Source of the DNA: an uncultured Actinomycetes bacterium
GTDB lineage: Bacteria > Actinomycetota > UBA4738 > HRBIN12
Reading direction: 5' to 3'
Length of the DNA: 64,000 nucleotides
Assembly: GCA_963727185.1 (NCBI GenBank)
Contig: CAVSFP010000006.1
Coordinates: forward strand, 346,005 to 410,004
Part shown: positions 47,370 through 58,239 of the stretch, piece by piece
How positions within the stretch are numbered: position 1 is the stretch's first letter
Layout of the letters: every line of letters starts with the position of its first letter
Notes under the pieces: generated by a model
The model's database searches: none
The model's input: only the letters and a program-made list of their open reading frames with translations
Told to the model about the DNA's origin: nothing
Program-made: the position numbers and the translations under genes

Positions 47370-47780
47370 ATGGTCGTCGGGGTTCCGTCCGTGCAGGACC
47401 TGCGCTGGCCGGTCCTGGTCGTGCTCGACGCCCTTGGCGACGACGAGCTCCTCGACCTGGAAGAGCGGGTCGCACAGCACCTCGAACTCACCGATGAGGC
47501 GAGGAATGCCGTCGACCCTGATTCCGACCGACGGTTCTTCTTGAAGCGGATCGAGCAGGCCCTGGAGGATCTCTATCAGGCCGACGCCATCGAACCGGAC
47601 GACGACGGGCTGTCGCTCCATATCACCGACGTCGGGAGGCGGTTCACCCAAGCACAGGCGCAGGACTTGCCCGAAGTCATCCCGTCCTCGCGGCCAACGG
47701 ATCAGGCGTCATCACCTACCGAGGACAAGCCCTCGGTAGGTAGTTGGATCGTCACGCTCATGGAGACGTTCTTGCCCTAA
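47370..47780 (+). CDS. hypothetical protein with Mrr_N-like winged-helix N-terminal domain, no attached nuclease domain
   Basis: VPSVQDLRWPVLVVLDALGDDELLDLEERVAQHLELTDEARNAVDPDSDRRFFLKRIEQALEDLYQADAIEPDDDGLSLHITDVGRRF resembles the restriction-system Mrr N-terminal wHTH. Acidic, Ser/Pro-rich tail. Confidence 0.4.
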   Translation: MVVGVPSVQDLRWPVLVVLDALGDDELLDLEERVAQHLELTDEARNAVDPDSDRRFFLKRIEQALEDLYQADAIEPDDDGLSLHITDVGRRFTQAQAQDLPEVIPSSRPTDQASSPTEDKPSVGSWIVTLMETFLP

Positions 47781-47786
47781 CCGCGT

Positions 47787-48308
47787 TCAGCTTCGCGCGG
47801 GCAACAGCCCCTGCTCTTCGAGGACCTTGACCGGGACCACGTGGCAGTACGGCGTGTGGCCGTTCTTCTCGTAGTAGGCCTGGTGATAGTCCTCGGCCGG
47901 GTAGAACTCCGGGGCCGGTCGGATCTCGGTCGCGATCGGACGGTCGAACCGCTCCTGCGCGCGCTCCTTCGAGGCCTTCGCGGCCGCCATCTGCTCGTCG
48001 GTGGTCGTGTAGATCGCACTGCGATATTGATCGCCCACGTCCGGGCCTTGTCGGTTCACCTGCGTCGGATCGTGCATCGCCCAGAACACCTCGAGCAACT
48101 GATCGAACGAGACCTGCTCGTCGTCGAACATCACGCGAAGTACCTCGGCGTGGCCCGTCGTATGTGAGCAGACCTCCTGGTACGTCGGATCCGGGGTGAT
48201 GCCGCCGGAGTAGCCGACCTCGACGCCAGTCACCCCCGGCACCCGCCGGAACACGTACTCGACGCCCCAGAAGCAGCCGGCTCCGAACGTCACGGTCTGT
48301 GTTGTCAT
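47787..48308 (-). CDS. msrA: peptide-methionine (S)-S-oxide reductase
   Basis: GAGCFWGVE active site, AIYTTTDEQ, PAEDYHQ. Confidence 0.9.
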   Translation of the reverse strand: MTTQTVTFGAGCFWGVEYVFRRVPGVTGVEVGYSGGITPDPTYQEVCSHTTGHAEVLRVMFDDEQVSFDQLLEVFWAMHDPTQVNRQGPDVGDQYRSAIYTTTDEQMAAAKASKERAQERFDRPIATEIRPAPEFYPAEDYHQAYYEKNGHTPYCHVVPVKVLEEQGLLPARS

Positions 48309-48491
48309 GATCCATGCTCCTTTCGCTCATCCACATGGTGTCAGGGAAGACCGCGAACGTTGCAGGAGCAAGGGATACCGGCGCCGGGCCTTGATCGCCT
48401 GAAGGGATCCCAGTTGTCTCTAGCGAGCGGAGGGGTCGCGGATCATGCTGCGTGTGGGCGCCAAGCTCGCCACGACGAAAGGGGGGCGCCG

Positions 48492-48833
48492 GTGGGTTTC
48501 AACCTCGTGGTGGACATCACCCTCGTGTTGTTCGGCCTCCTCTGTTCGGTCAAGTTCGCCCTCGGCGATGGGTACTTCGTCTTCCCTGCGAGCGCGCTCG
48601 TGTTCGCCATCGTCTGGGAAGCCCTCAAGTGGCACGGGCGGCGCTCCGTCCACGTGCTGATGACGGTCGCAGGGTTCCAGGCGCTGGCGGTCGGGATCCG
48701 CTACCTTTCGCACAAGCCTCTCGTGTCGAGGACCACTCCTGACGAAGGGAGGGCGGTTCTGGTCTGTACCGCCATGTTCGCGCTCGCCTTGGTGCCGACG
48801 TTGGTTATCGTCGCGACCGTATCGGCTTCCTGA
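48492..48833 (+). CDS. hypothetical small membrane protein (3-4 TM)
   Basis: GTG start after AAAGGGGGG. Hydrophobic helices (LVVDITLVLFGLLCSV; ALVFAIVWEAL; MTVAGFQALAVGI; LVCTAMFALALVPTLVIVA). Confidence 0.4.
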   Translation: MGFNLVVDITLVLFGLLCSVKFALGDGYFVFPASALVFAIVWEALKWHGRRSVHVLMTVAGFQALAVGIRYLSHKPLVSRTTPDEGRAVLVCTAMFALALVPTLVIVATVSAS

Positions 48834-48892
48834 GGTTCCTTCGAGCGGTAGCACTAGGGCGGTGGAAGGAAGTAGGCTTCGCCCATCCCGGT

Positions 48893-50530
48893 TTGAATGG
48901 AGATTCAATCTTGCCTGCGAACAGCTACGACGCGATCGTCATCGGCGGCGGCCACAACGGCTTGGTCGCCGCCGCCTACCTGGCGAAATACGGCGCCCGG
49001 ACCGTGATCCTGGAGGCCCGCCACAAGACCGGCGGGGCCGCCGATACCATGGCCCCGTGGCCTGAGGCGCCCGACATCAAGGTCACCACGCTCAGCTACG
49101 TGATGAGCCTGATGCCGCCCTCGATCCAGCGCGACCTCAACCTCGAGCGGTTCGGCTACAAGGTCCACCCGCAGGGCATGGGCTACCTGCCGCTGCCCGA
49201 CGGCTCGATCCTGCAATCGGGCGACGAGCGCAAGGACCACGAGTCGATCGCGAAGTTCTCCAAGCACGACGCCGATCAGTGGCCCAAGTTCGAGGCGTGG
49301 ATCGGCCGGATCGCCAACATCATGGGGCCGCTCCTGATGGAGACGCCGCCGCACCTGGGTTCCAAGAAGGCGAGCGACATCAAGGACATCGCCCAGCTCG
49401 GGTGGCAGCTCCGCAAGGAGGTCGATCAGCAGACCGTGGCCGACATCACCCGGCTGTTCACGATGAGCGCGACCGACCTGCTGCGCCGCTGGTTCGAGAA
49501 CGAGGTGTTCATCGGCCTGCAGTCGGTGAACGGGATCATCGGCACGTGGTCGGGTCCCGATGCGCCCGGCACGGCGTACGTGATGATGCATCACTCCGTC
49601 GGCGACATCGGCGACGGCGAGATCGCCAGTTGGGGCTACCCCGAAGGCGGCATGGGCGCGGTCGGCGATGCGTGTGCCGCTGCGGCGCAGTCGTTCGGCG
49701 CGGAGATCCGCACGAACGCGCGCGTCGAGCGCGTGCTGATCCGCGACGGACGCACCGTCGGCGTCGCGCTCGACGGCGGTGAGGAGCTGTCGGCGCCGCT
49801 CGTCGTCACGGCGATCCATCCGAAGATCACGTTCCTGGAGCAGATCGAACGATCGCAGCTCCCGACGACGTTCGTCGAGGATATCGAGAGCTGGCGCACG
49901 CGTTCCGGCACGGTGAAGATCAACCTCGCGCTCGCCGAGCTTCCGGAGTTCACGGCCGACCCCGGCTTCAACCCGGACATCCACGGTGGGGCGATCCAGG
50001 TCCTCGACGACCTGGACTACTTGGAGAAGGCGTTCCAGGAGGCGCGGTTCGGCCAGGCGGCGACGCTGCCGTTCAGCGACACGGCGATCCCGACCGTGTT
50101 CGACAAGACGCTCGCGCCGGAAGGCGTGCACGTGATGTCGATGTTCACGCAGTGGGTGCCGGCCGAGTGGGCGGACGAGGACGGTCACGAGGCCGACCTG
50201 GAGGCATACGCCGACCGGCTGATCGACCGGATGAACGCGGTCGCGCCGAACTTCAAGGGCTCGATCATGCACCGGCAGATCATCGGCCCGAGGCAGATGC
50301 AGCAGGACTGGGGCCTGATCGGCGGCAACATCTTCCACGGGGAGCTGACGGTGGACCAGCTGTTCCACATGCGGCCGGCCCCTGGGTACGCGGACTACCG
50401 GACACCGATCCGCGGGCTCTACCAGGCGTCGAGTGCCACCCACGCGGGCGGCGGCGTGACGGGGATGCCCGGCCACCACTGCGTTCGCGAGATCCTGAAA
50501 GACAAGGGCGTCAGGCAGCGGCGCACGTAA
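48893..50530 (+). CDS. phytoene desaturase-family FAD-dependent oxidoreductase (CrtI-like)
   Basis: N-terminal dinucleotide fold YDAIVIGGGHNGLVAAAYLAKYGARTVILEAR and CrtI/amine oxidase family body. Confidence 0.75.
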   Translation: MNGDSILPANSYDAIVIGGGHNGLVAAAYLAKYGARTVILEARHKTGGAADTMAPWPEAPDIKVTTLSYVMSLMPPSIQRDLNLERFGYKVHPQGMGYLPLPDGSILQSGDERKDHESIAKFSKHDADQWPKFEAWIGRIANIMGPLLMETPPHLGSKKASDIKDIAQLGWQLRKEVDQQTVADITRLFTMSATDLLRRWFENEVFIGLQSVNGIIGTWSGPDAPGTAYVMMHHSVGDIGDGEIASWGYPEGGMGAVGDACAAAAQSFGAEIRTNARVERVLIRDGRTVGVALDGGEELSAPLVVTAIHPKITFLEQIERSQLPTTFVEDIESWRTRSGTVKINLALAELPEFTADPGFNPDIHGGAIQVLDDLDYLEKAFQEARFGQAATLPFSDTAIPTVFDKTLAPEGVHVMSMFTQWVPAEWADEDGHEADLEAYADRLIDRMNAVAPNFKGSIMHRQIIGPRQMQQDWGLIGGNIFHGELTVDQLFHMRPAPGYADYRTPIRGLYQASSATHAGGGVTGMPGHHCVREILKDKGVRQRRT

Positions 50531-50572
50531 CGACGGCTGGCGGCGGCCTCGCCATCCTCTTAGGCTCCCGGT

Positions 50573-51652
50573 ATGTCAGACGACGTCGTGATCGAGCGTG
50601 ACGCGTTCGCGGAGCGTCTCCACGGGTCGGCGCTCGGTTTCTTCGACATCCTGTCGATCCGGCTGGGCGACCGGCTCGGTCTGTACGCGGCGCTCGCCGA
50701 AGGGGGTGGTGTCACGTCGACCGAGCTGGCCGACCGCGCCGGGATCGCCGAGCGGTACGCCCGCGAGTGGCTGGAACAGCAGACGGCGGCCGGGATCGTT
50801 CGCGCCGACGGGAAGGGTAACGGCGTCAGATTCACGCTCCCGGCGGGCCACTCGGAGGTGCTGCTCGACCGCGACAGCCTGTCGTACATGGCGCCCACCG
50901 TCCGCAGCCTGATGATGCTGACCCCCGTGATGGACGCGCTGGTCGAGGCGTATCGCACAGGTGGTGGTGTCCCCTGGGATGCCTACGGTTCGGACGGTCG
51001 GGAAGGGGTCGGCGACTCGAACCGTCCCACGTACCTGCAGGTCCTGCCGCGCGCTTGGCTCCCGAACATCGCCGAGGTCCACGACCGCCTTCGCGGGGCG
51101 CCGCCGGCTCGCGTTGCCGACATCGGCTGCGGGACGGGCTGGTCCTCGATCGCGATCGCCCACTCGTACCCAGGCGTTCGCGTGGACGGATTCGACCGGG
51201 ACGAGGAGTCGATCGCGCTCGCACGGCACAACGCCGATGTGAGCGGCATCGCCGACCGCGTGTCGTTCGAGGCTCGCGATGCGGGCGCATCTGCGGATGC
51301 CGGCGCGTACGACCTGGTCACGTTCTTCGAGTGCCTGCACGACATGTCCCGTCCGGTCGAAGCGCTGCGCGTGGCTCGCGACATGCTGGCCGTCGGGGGC
51401 GTGGTGCTCGTCGGCGACGAGCGCACCAACGACGAGTTCACAGGGGCACCGGACGACCTGGACCGCTATCACTACGGGTGGAGCGTCTTCGTGTGCCTTC
51501 CGGCGGCGATGACCGAGCCCGGTTCGGCGGGTACCGGCACGGTGATGCGTCCATCGACGCTCCGTTCGTACGCCCGCGAGGCGGGATTCGCCGGCTTCGA
51601 CGTCCTGCCGATCGAGGACGATTCGTTCCGGCTGTACCTGCTCCGGCCCTGA
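50573..51652 (+). CDS. class I SAM-dependent methyltransferase with N-terminal winged-helix/dimerisation domain
   Basis: Motif I VADIGCGTGWSSIAIA. Post-I acidic residue (DGFDRDEES). Motif (LVTFFECLHDM). Confidence 0.7.
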   Translation: MSDDVVIERDAFAERLHGSALGFFDILSIRLGDRLGLYAALAEGGGVTSTELADRAGIAERYAREWLEQQTAAGIVRADGKGNGVRFTLPAGHSEVLLDRDSLSYMAPTVRSLMMLTPVMDALVEAYRTGGGVPWDAYGSDGREGVGDSNRPTYLQVLPRAWLPNIAEVHDRLRGAPPARVADIGCGTGWSSIAIAHSYPGVRVDGFDRDEESIALARHNADVSGIADRVSFEARDAGASADAGAYDLVTFFECLHDMSRPVEALRVARDMLAVGGVVLVGDERTNDEFTGAPDDLDRYHYGWSVFVCLPAAMTEPGSAGTGTVMRPSTLRSYAREAGFAGFDVLPIEDDSFRLYLLRP

Positions 51653-51758
51653 GGGTCCGGCCGGCCACGCCGCGTCCCTCAGCCTTTCGCCGATCCTCCC
51701 TTCGTGGAACGGGGCGGTCGTTCGACCGTGCCGGTCATCCGATGTAGTCCGACCGGGT

Positions 51759-52322
51759 ATGGCCCCTCCCTCGATGGAGTGTCCCTCCGAGGGCAGGCGT
51801 GAATCGGCCGGTGCCCCGATGTTCGGCGCCCCCCTCGCCACCCACAATCGAACCGGACACCGATCGAGGGGGATGTGCATGCGGCAGTGGGAGCTGATCG
51901 GCATCACCGACCAGGTACCGATCACGACCCAGCCCGTTCCGCGCCCGGCGCCACGGGTCGTCGTTGATCCGACGATCGACGAGCCCGTGTTCTTCTGGAC
52001 GACGGACGGCGCGCTTCGATTGCAGAGCGTGAGCGATGCCGCCGCATCCGTGATCGGTCGGACCGCCGACGCGTGCAAGGGGCGCGACCTGCTGGAGATC
52101 TTCGGGCTGGAAGGGCCGAACGCGTCGCTCCTGGATGCGCACATCCTTGCGCTCGGGGGGGACGCCGCGACGTTCGCTCTGAAGGGGGATCGGGTCAGCG
52201 TCCGCTGCCGCGTGGGTCCCGTCACCGACGGGCTCGGGAAGACGTCGGGGACGTACTGCGTCGCGATGCACATCGACGGCGTAGATGTCCGCGAGGAAGC
52301 CGAGCGGCCCGCCGTCGCTTGA
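51759..52322 (+). CDS. hypothetical protein
   Basis: ORF with plausible globular C-terminal 130 aa (MRQWELIGITDQVPI...). True start uncertain; no family. Confidence 0.3.
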   Translation: MAPPSMECPSEGRRESAGAPMFGAPLATHNRTGHRSRGMCMRQWELIGITDQVPITTQPVPRPAPRVVVDPTIDEPVFFWTTDGALRLQSVSDAAASVIGRTADACKGRDLLEIFGLEGPNASLLDAHILALGGDAATFALKGDRVSVRCRVGPVTDGLGKTSGTYCVAMHIDGVDVREEAERPAVA

Positions 52323-52326
52323 CGGG

Positions 52327-53631
52327 TCAGCCCTCGAACGACGCCGCGGCTTCGAGCGTTCGCTCGGTCGTGGCGTCGTCGTGCGCGGTGCAGAGGCTCC
52401 ACAGCTCGTAGCCGGACGGCGGCAGGTAGACGGCGCGGTCCAGCATGTGATGGAAGAACCGCGCGTACCGCTCGTGGTCGGCACCCTTCGCGTCCTCGAA
52501 GTTCCGCACCGTGCGATCCGTGAAGAACACGCTGAACATCGACCGCGCCCGGTTCAGGGTGGCGGCGATGCCGGCGGCGGCGAACCGTTCGGCGAGACCG
52601 TCCGTGAGGTCGATGGCACCCCGCTCGAGCGCGTCGTACGGCCGCTCGCGATCGGCGAGATCCAGCGCCGCGATGCCGGCCGCGACCGCGACCGGGTTCC
52701 CGCTCAGTGTTCCGGCTTGGTAGACGGGACCCGTCGGCGCGAGCTGCTCCATCACGGCCCCGCGTCCGCCGAACGCCGCGCACGGGAACCCCCCGCCCAT
52801 GATCTTCCCCAACGCGGTCAGGTCGGGCGTCACCCCGTACACCGAGCCGGCGCCCTCGTACGCCACCCGGAAGCCGGTGATCACCTCGTCGAAGAAGAGC
52901 AGGGCTCCGTGCTCGTCGCAGAGCGCGCGGAGCCCTTCGAGGAACCCCGGCTCCGGCGGCACGACCCCCATGTTCGCGGCGACGGGCTCGACCACGACGA
53001 CCGCGATCTCGCGCCCGCGTTCGCCGAAGATCGCCGCGACGGCGTCCAGGTCGTTGAACGGGCTCGTTATCGTGTCCCTCGCCGACCCCTCGGTCACGCC
53101 GGGAGAGCCGGGTATGCCGAACGTGGCGACGCCCGAGCCGGCGCCCTTCGCCAGCAACGCGTCCGAGTGGCCGTGATAGCAACCATCGAACTTGACCAAC
53201 AGGTCGCGACCCGTGACGCCGCGCGCGAGCCTGATCGCGCTCATCGTCGCCTCGGTGCCTGACGAGACCAGACGCACCATGTCGATGCTTGGGACGGCCG
53301 AGACGATCCGCTCCGCGAGCTCGACCTCGCCGGCCGTCGGCGCGCCGAACGACGTACCGCGCGCGGCCGCCGCCGTCGCTGCCTCGACGATCTCGGGTCG
53401 CGCGTGCCCGAAGAGCAACGCCCCCCACGACTGGACGTAGTCCACGTAACGCACGCCGTCCACGTCGATCAGATGGGCGCCCTCGCCTCGTTCGACGAAT
53501 CGCGGCGTCCCGCCGACCGCTCCGAACGCGCGCACCGGGGAGTCGACGCCCCCGGGGATCACGTTGGAGGCACGTTTGAAGAGGTCGTCGGAGTTGCTCA
53601 CGCGAACGATGGTACGTGGCGGATCAATCAA
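52327..53631 (-). CDS. hemL: glutamate-1-semialdehyde 2,1-aminomutase
   Basis: PLP class III aminotransferase. IPGGVDSPVRAF, FDEVITGFRV, lysine motif region. Confidence 0.9.
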   Translation of the reverse strand: MIDPPRTIVRVSNSDDLFKRASNVIPGGVDSPVRAFGAVGGTPRFVERGEGAHLIDVDGVRYVDYVQSWGALLFGHARPEIVEAATAAAARGTSFGAPTAGEVELAERIVSAVPSIDMVRLVSSGTEATMSAIRLARGVTGRDLLVKFDGCYHGHSDALLAKGAGSGVATFGIPGSPGVTEGSARDTITSPFNDLDAVAAIFGERGREIAVVVVEPVAANMGVVPPEPGFLEGLRALCDEHGALLFFDEVITGFRVAYEGAGSVYGVTPDLTALGKIMGGGFPCAAFGGRGAVMEQLAPTGPVYQAGTLSGNPVAVAAGIAALDLADRERPYDALERGAIDLTDGLAERFAAAGIAATLNRARSMFSVFFTDRTVRNFEDAKGADHERYARFFHHMLDRAVYLPPSGYELWSLCTAHDDATTERTLEAAASFEG

Positions 53632-54048
53632 GGCAGAATTCGTTGCCTTCCGGATCCTGCATCGTGATCCAGAACGCGCCGCGCTCCTCGAACTCGTAGA
53701 GCTTCGTCGCGCCCAGCTCGATGAGCCGCGCCGACTCCTCCGTCAGTCGCGCGCGACGGGCGTCGGATCGACCTGGTGCGCGCGCGCACGTCGAGGTGCA
53801 CGCGATTCTTCGCGGTCTTGCCTTCGGGGACCCGTTGAAAGACACGCGCGCTCCGCTTCCATGGGGTCGACGATCGCGCTCTGATCGTTCCATCGCTCTT
53901 CGGGTATGCCCTTCTCGCGAGCCCAGTCCTCCCAGGATGACCACCCCTCGGGTGGCGGTTCCTCGATGTAGCCCAAGACCTGCTTCCAGAATCCGGCAAG
54001 CGCGGCGGGATCCGCCGCATCGAACGTCACCTGCATCGCAAGGGCCAT
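53624..54048 (-). pseudogene. VOC/glyoxalase-like domain protein disrupted by two frameshifts
   Basis: N-terminus MALAMQVTFDAADPAALAGFWKQVLGYIEEPPPEGWSSWEDW (ORF 53743..54048 frame). Middle RVFQRVPEGKTAKNRVHLDV (ORF 53628..54020 frame). C-terminus LIELGATKLYEFEERGAFWITMQDPEGNEFCLD (ORF 53624..54301 frame). All three frames needed to read one 135-aa protein. Confidence 0.5.
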
Positions 54049-54054
54049 CGATCG

Positions 54055-54301
54055 CTACTCCTCTCGCAGTCGCTTCCGCAACCCTATGGCGCACCGTTCG
54101 TAGCCGAGTGCGGCGTAGAACCGGTGGGCTTCCGGGCGGTGGTCGCCCGACATCAGCAACAGGTCGCCGCACCGGCATCGGCCGCCGGCGCTGCGCGTCC
54201 TCCATCAGTGCCCTGCCGACGCCGCTCCGTCGAGTGGACGCCAGCACGGCCACGTAGTTCACGAACGCTCTGGGGGCCGCCTGACGGACGCTGATCGTCA
54301 C
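54055..54301 (-). pseudogene. truncated/frameshifted GNAT acetyltransferase remnant
   Basis: Only the C-terminal GNAT portion is present (VNYVAVLASTRRSGVGRALMEDA... then in another frame RCGDLLLMSGDHRPEAHRFYAALGYERCAIGLRKRLREE). Too short for an intact GNAT. Confidence 0.35.
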
Positions 54302-54302
54302 G

Positions 54303-55282
<980 letters not shown>

Positions 55283-55286
<4 letters not shown>

Positions 55287-56938
55287 GAGCGGGATTCTAC
55301 CGAGGAGCGCCAGACCCGTTCCAGGGCCGAGACCAGGCCCTCGATCGTGTGCGGGCGGGCGACGGCCGAGACCCGCAGACCGTGCTCCCGAGCCTCGCGA
55401 GCCGTGACAGGACCGATGCTCACGACCTTCGGGTTCCCGCGGACGACCCCCATCGCTCCGACGAACCCGCGGACCGTCGATGCGCTGGTGAACGTGATGG
55501 CGTCGACGCCGCCGTCTCGGAGCGCGGTTCGCGCGTCGGTCGGGAGCGAGCGCGCCAGGCGCGTCCGGTACGCATCGACGCGGAGCGGGGACCAGCCCTT
55601 CGCCGCCAGCGCGTCCTCGAGTCCGCCGGGTGCGATGTCGGCTCGCGCGCAGAGGACGCCTCCGTCGCCGCGCGGGAACGCGCGGGCCAACCCTGCAGTC
55701 GTGAACGTCGCCGGCATGAGGTCGGGCGGCCGCCGGGCCCACGCGCGGAACGCCGCGCTCGTCCCATCGCCGATCGCCGCTACCTTCGCACGGACGGCCG
55801 CTGGGGAATCCAGCCTCGACGCCAGCATCTCCACCGTCGCGCGGCTGGTGAGCGTGATCCACGCGAACCGGCCCGCCGAGAGGTCGCGCAGCGCCGCGGT
55901 CAGTGCGGCGGATCGCGCCGGAACGATCTCGATCGTCGGCGCCACGATGGACGTGGCTCCCAGGCGGCGCAGCCGACGGACGAGCTCGACGGACTGGTCG
56001 GCCGGTCTCGTCACCAGGACGGTCCGGCCTGCGAGTGGCTTCACCGGTCGTCGTCCAGCGCCTCGAGGAATCTCTTCGGCTCCCTCGGCGATGAGATCCT
56101 TCGTCGCGAGCGCCGCGGCTCCCTCGGGGGAGTCGGAGACGACCTCCACGCGCGCCACCCGCGACCCATCGGGGGCGATGACGACGGCGAGCATCTCGAT
56201 GCGGCCTCCGTGAACGGTGGCCCGTGCGCCGAGCGGGAGCGCACAGCTGCCGCCGATCCGCCACATCAACGAGCGCTCCGCCTCGAGCGACATCCGGCTT
56301 TCGGCATGGTCGAGCGGCGCCAGGGCGGTGAGCGTCGCGAGATCGTCCTCGCGCGCCTGGAGCGCGAGCGCGCCCTGTCCGGGTGCGGGGACCATCACGT
56401 CCATCCCGAGGGGAGCGGAATGGGGCGCGGTGATGCCGAGACGCGTCAAGCCTGCGAGCGCGAGCACCGCGGCGTCGACGACGCCGTCGGTCACCTTCCG
56501 CAGTCGCGTGTCCACGTTCCCGCGAAGGTCTTCGACGGTCACCCCGGGGAACGCCCGGAGGAGTTGTGCTCGCCGGCGGATGCTCGACGTCCCGATCACG
56601 GCCCCGGTGCGGAGCGACGCCTCCCGCAGCACCAGGACATCGGCGGCGTCGAGTCGGGGAGGAACGGCCGCGATGATCAGGCCCTCGTCGTCCTCGGCCG
56701 GGAGGTCCTTGGCCGAATGGACGGCGACGTCGATCTCATCGCGTTCGAGCGCGTCGAGGATCGTGTCGACGAAGAGGCCCTTCAGGCCGGCCGGCGCCTC
56801 GCCGGATGGCGCCCCCTCGTCGCCCGATGTCGACATCGGAACGATCTCGGACTCCACGCCGTGCTCCGACAGGCGGCGGCGGACCTCGTCCGCCTGAGCG
56901 AGGGCGAGCGGAGAGCGGCGTGTCCCGGTCAGCGTCAC
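55283..56938 (-). CDS. hemCD: bifunctional hydroxymethylbilane synthase / uroporphyrinogen-III synthase (HemC-HemD fusion)
   Basis: GTG start overlapping hemA stop. HemC part (TRRSPLALAQADEV...AVHSAKDLP...GTSSIRRRAQL...GGSCALPLGA) continues without stop into HemD part (GRTVLVTRPADQSVELVRRLRRLGATSIVAPTIEIVP...ITFTSASTVRGF). Confidence 0.85.
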
Positions 56939-58210
56939 TCGGCGTCGGGGTCGAGCCGCAGGAGCTCCATCAGCAGCTTCGCGTGCAGGTCGTCGGCTCC
57001 GGGCTCGGATCGCTCCTTCAGCTCGACGATCGGGTCGTGCAAGAGCTTCGCGGCCACCCCACGTGCGACCGCTTCGACCGCCTCGCGCTCCCGAGGCGTC
57101 AGGTCGGAGAGACGACTTGCATAGCGGGCGAGCTCCGAGCGGACGGTCTCCTCGCCCCGTGCCTGCACGGCTCGGATCAACGGGGCGAGCGCGTCGGAGC
57201 GGCGCCGCACCACCCACCGCCGGACCTCCTCGGCCACGATCTCGTGCGCTCGAGCGATGTCGTCGGCGGTGGCGTCGCCCCCCGCCATGAGCCGTTCGCG
57301 GATGGCGCGGATGTCGATCGAGCCGCACGCCATCCAGCGCCACGACGCCGGGGTCGATGTCGCGAGGGACGGCCAGGTCCAACAGGACGAGCGGAGCGGT
57401 ACGGGTCCGTTCGAGTGCCGCACCGACGGTCTCGGCGTCGATCACCGCCCCGGCGGCGCCGGTCGCCGAGACCACCAGGTCCGCGTCCGCGATGGCCGAT
57501 CGGAGATGGTCGAGACCCGCGAAGTCGTCGCCAGCCCGCTCGGCCAACGCCCGCGCGTGCTCGAGCGAGCGGTTCAGCACCCGGACGCTGCCGACGCCAC
57601 GAGCATGCAGATGTTGCACCGCGAGTCCGGCCATCCGGCCGGCGCCGACCACGACCACGTGACGGTCGCGGAGATCGCCGAGCTCCTCCTCTGCCAGGTC
57701 GGCCCCGAGCGCAACGAACGCGTCGGGTGCAGCGCCGAGCGAGGTTTCGGCGCGCGCCCGTCGGCCCGCCCGCGCGGCCGCATGGAACAGGGAGCGCATC
57801 GCGGGGCCTGAGGCTCCTTCCGCCGCGGCCGTTCGCAGCGCCTCGCGCACCTGGGCGTGGATCTGCGTCTCGCCGATCACCATCGAATCCAGCCCCGCGG
57901 CCACCGCGAACAGGTGGTCGGCCGCGTCCTGCTCCCAATGGGAGTAGAGCGGCTCGGCCAGCTCCTCGGGAGCAACTCTGCGCGTCTCGGTCAGCACGCG
58001 TTTCAACGCCAGGAACCCGGCGTGGTACGAGGGGACGTTCGCGGTGATCTCGACTCGGTTGCAGGTGGACAGGATGACCGCCTCGTCGACGGCATCCATG
58101 TCGAGCGCGTGGCGGTAGGCCTTGACGAGCTCGTCGTCGGCGAACGAGAGCCGCTCCAGCAGCTCGATCGGTGCGCGTCGGAAGCTGATCCCGAGGGTGA
58201 GGATGGGCAT
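56935..58210 (-). pseudogene. hemA: glutamyl-tRNA reductase, apparent single frameshift
   Basis: N-terminal and NADPH domains in ORF 55283..58210 frame (MPILTLGISFRRAPIELLERL...STCNRVEI...VVVVGAGRMAG...LAVPRDIDPGVVALDGVRL) then dimerisation domain in ORF 56935..57423 frame (IDIRAIRERLMAGGDATADDIARAHEIV...KLLHDPIVELKERS). Junction about 57308-57330. Confidence 0.75.
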
Positions 58211-58239
58211 GGGACGATCCGCCGTATCCTAGCCGCCCG

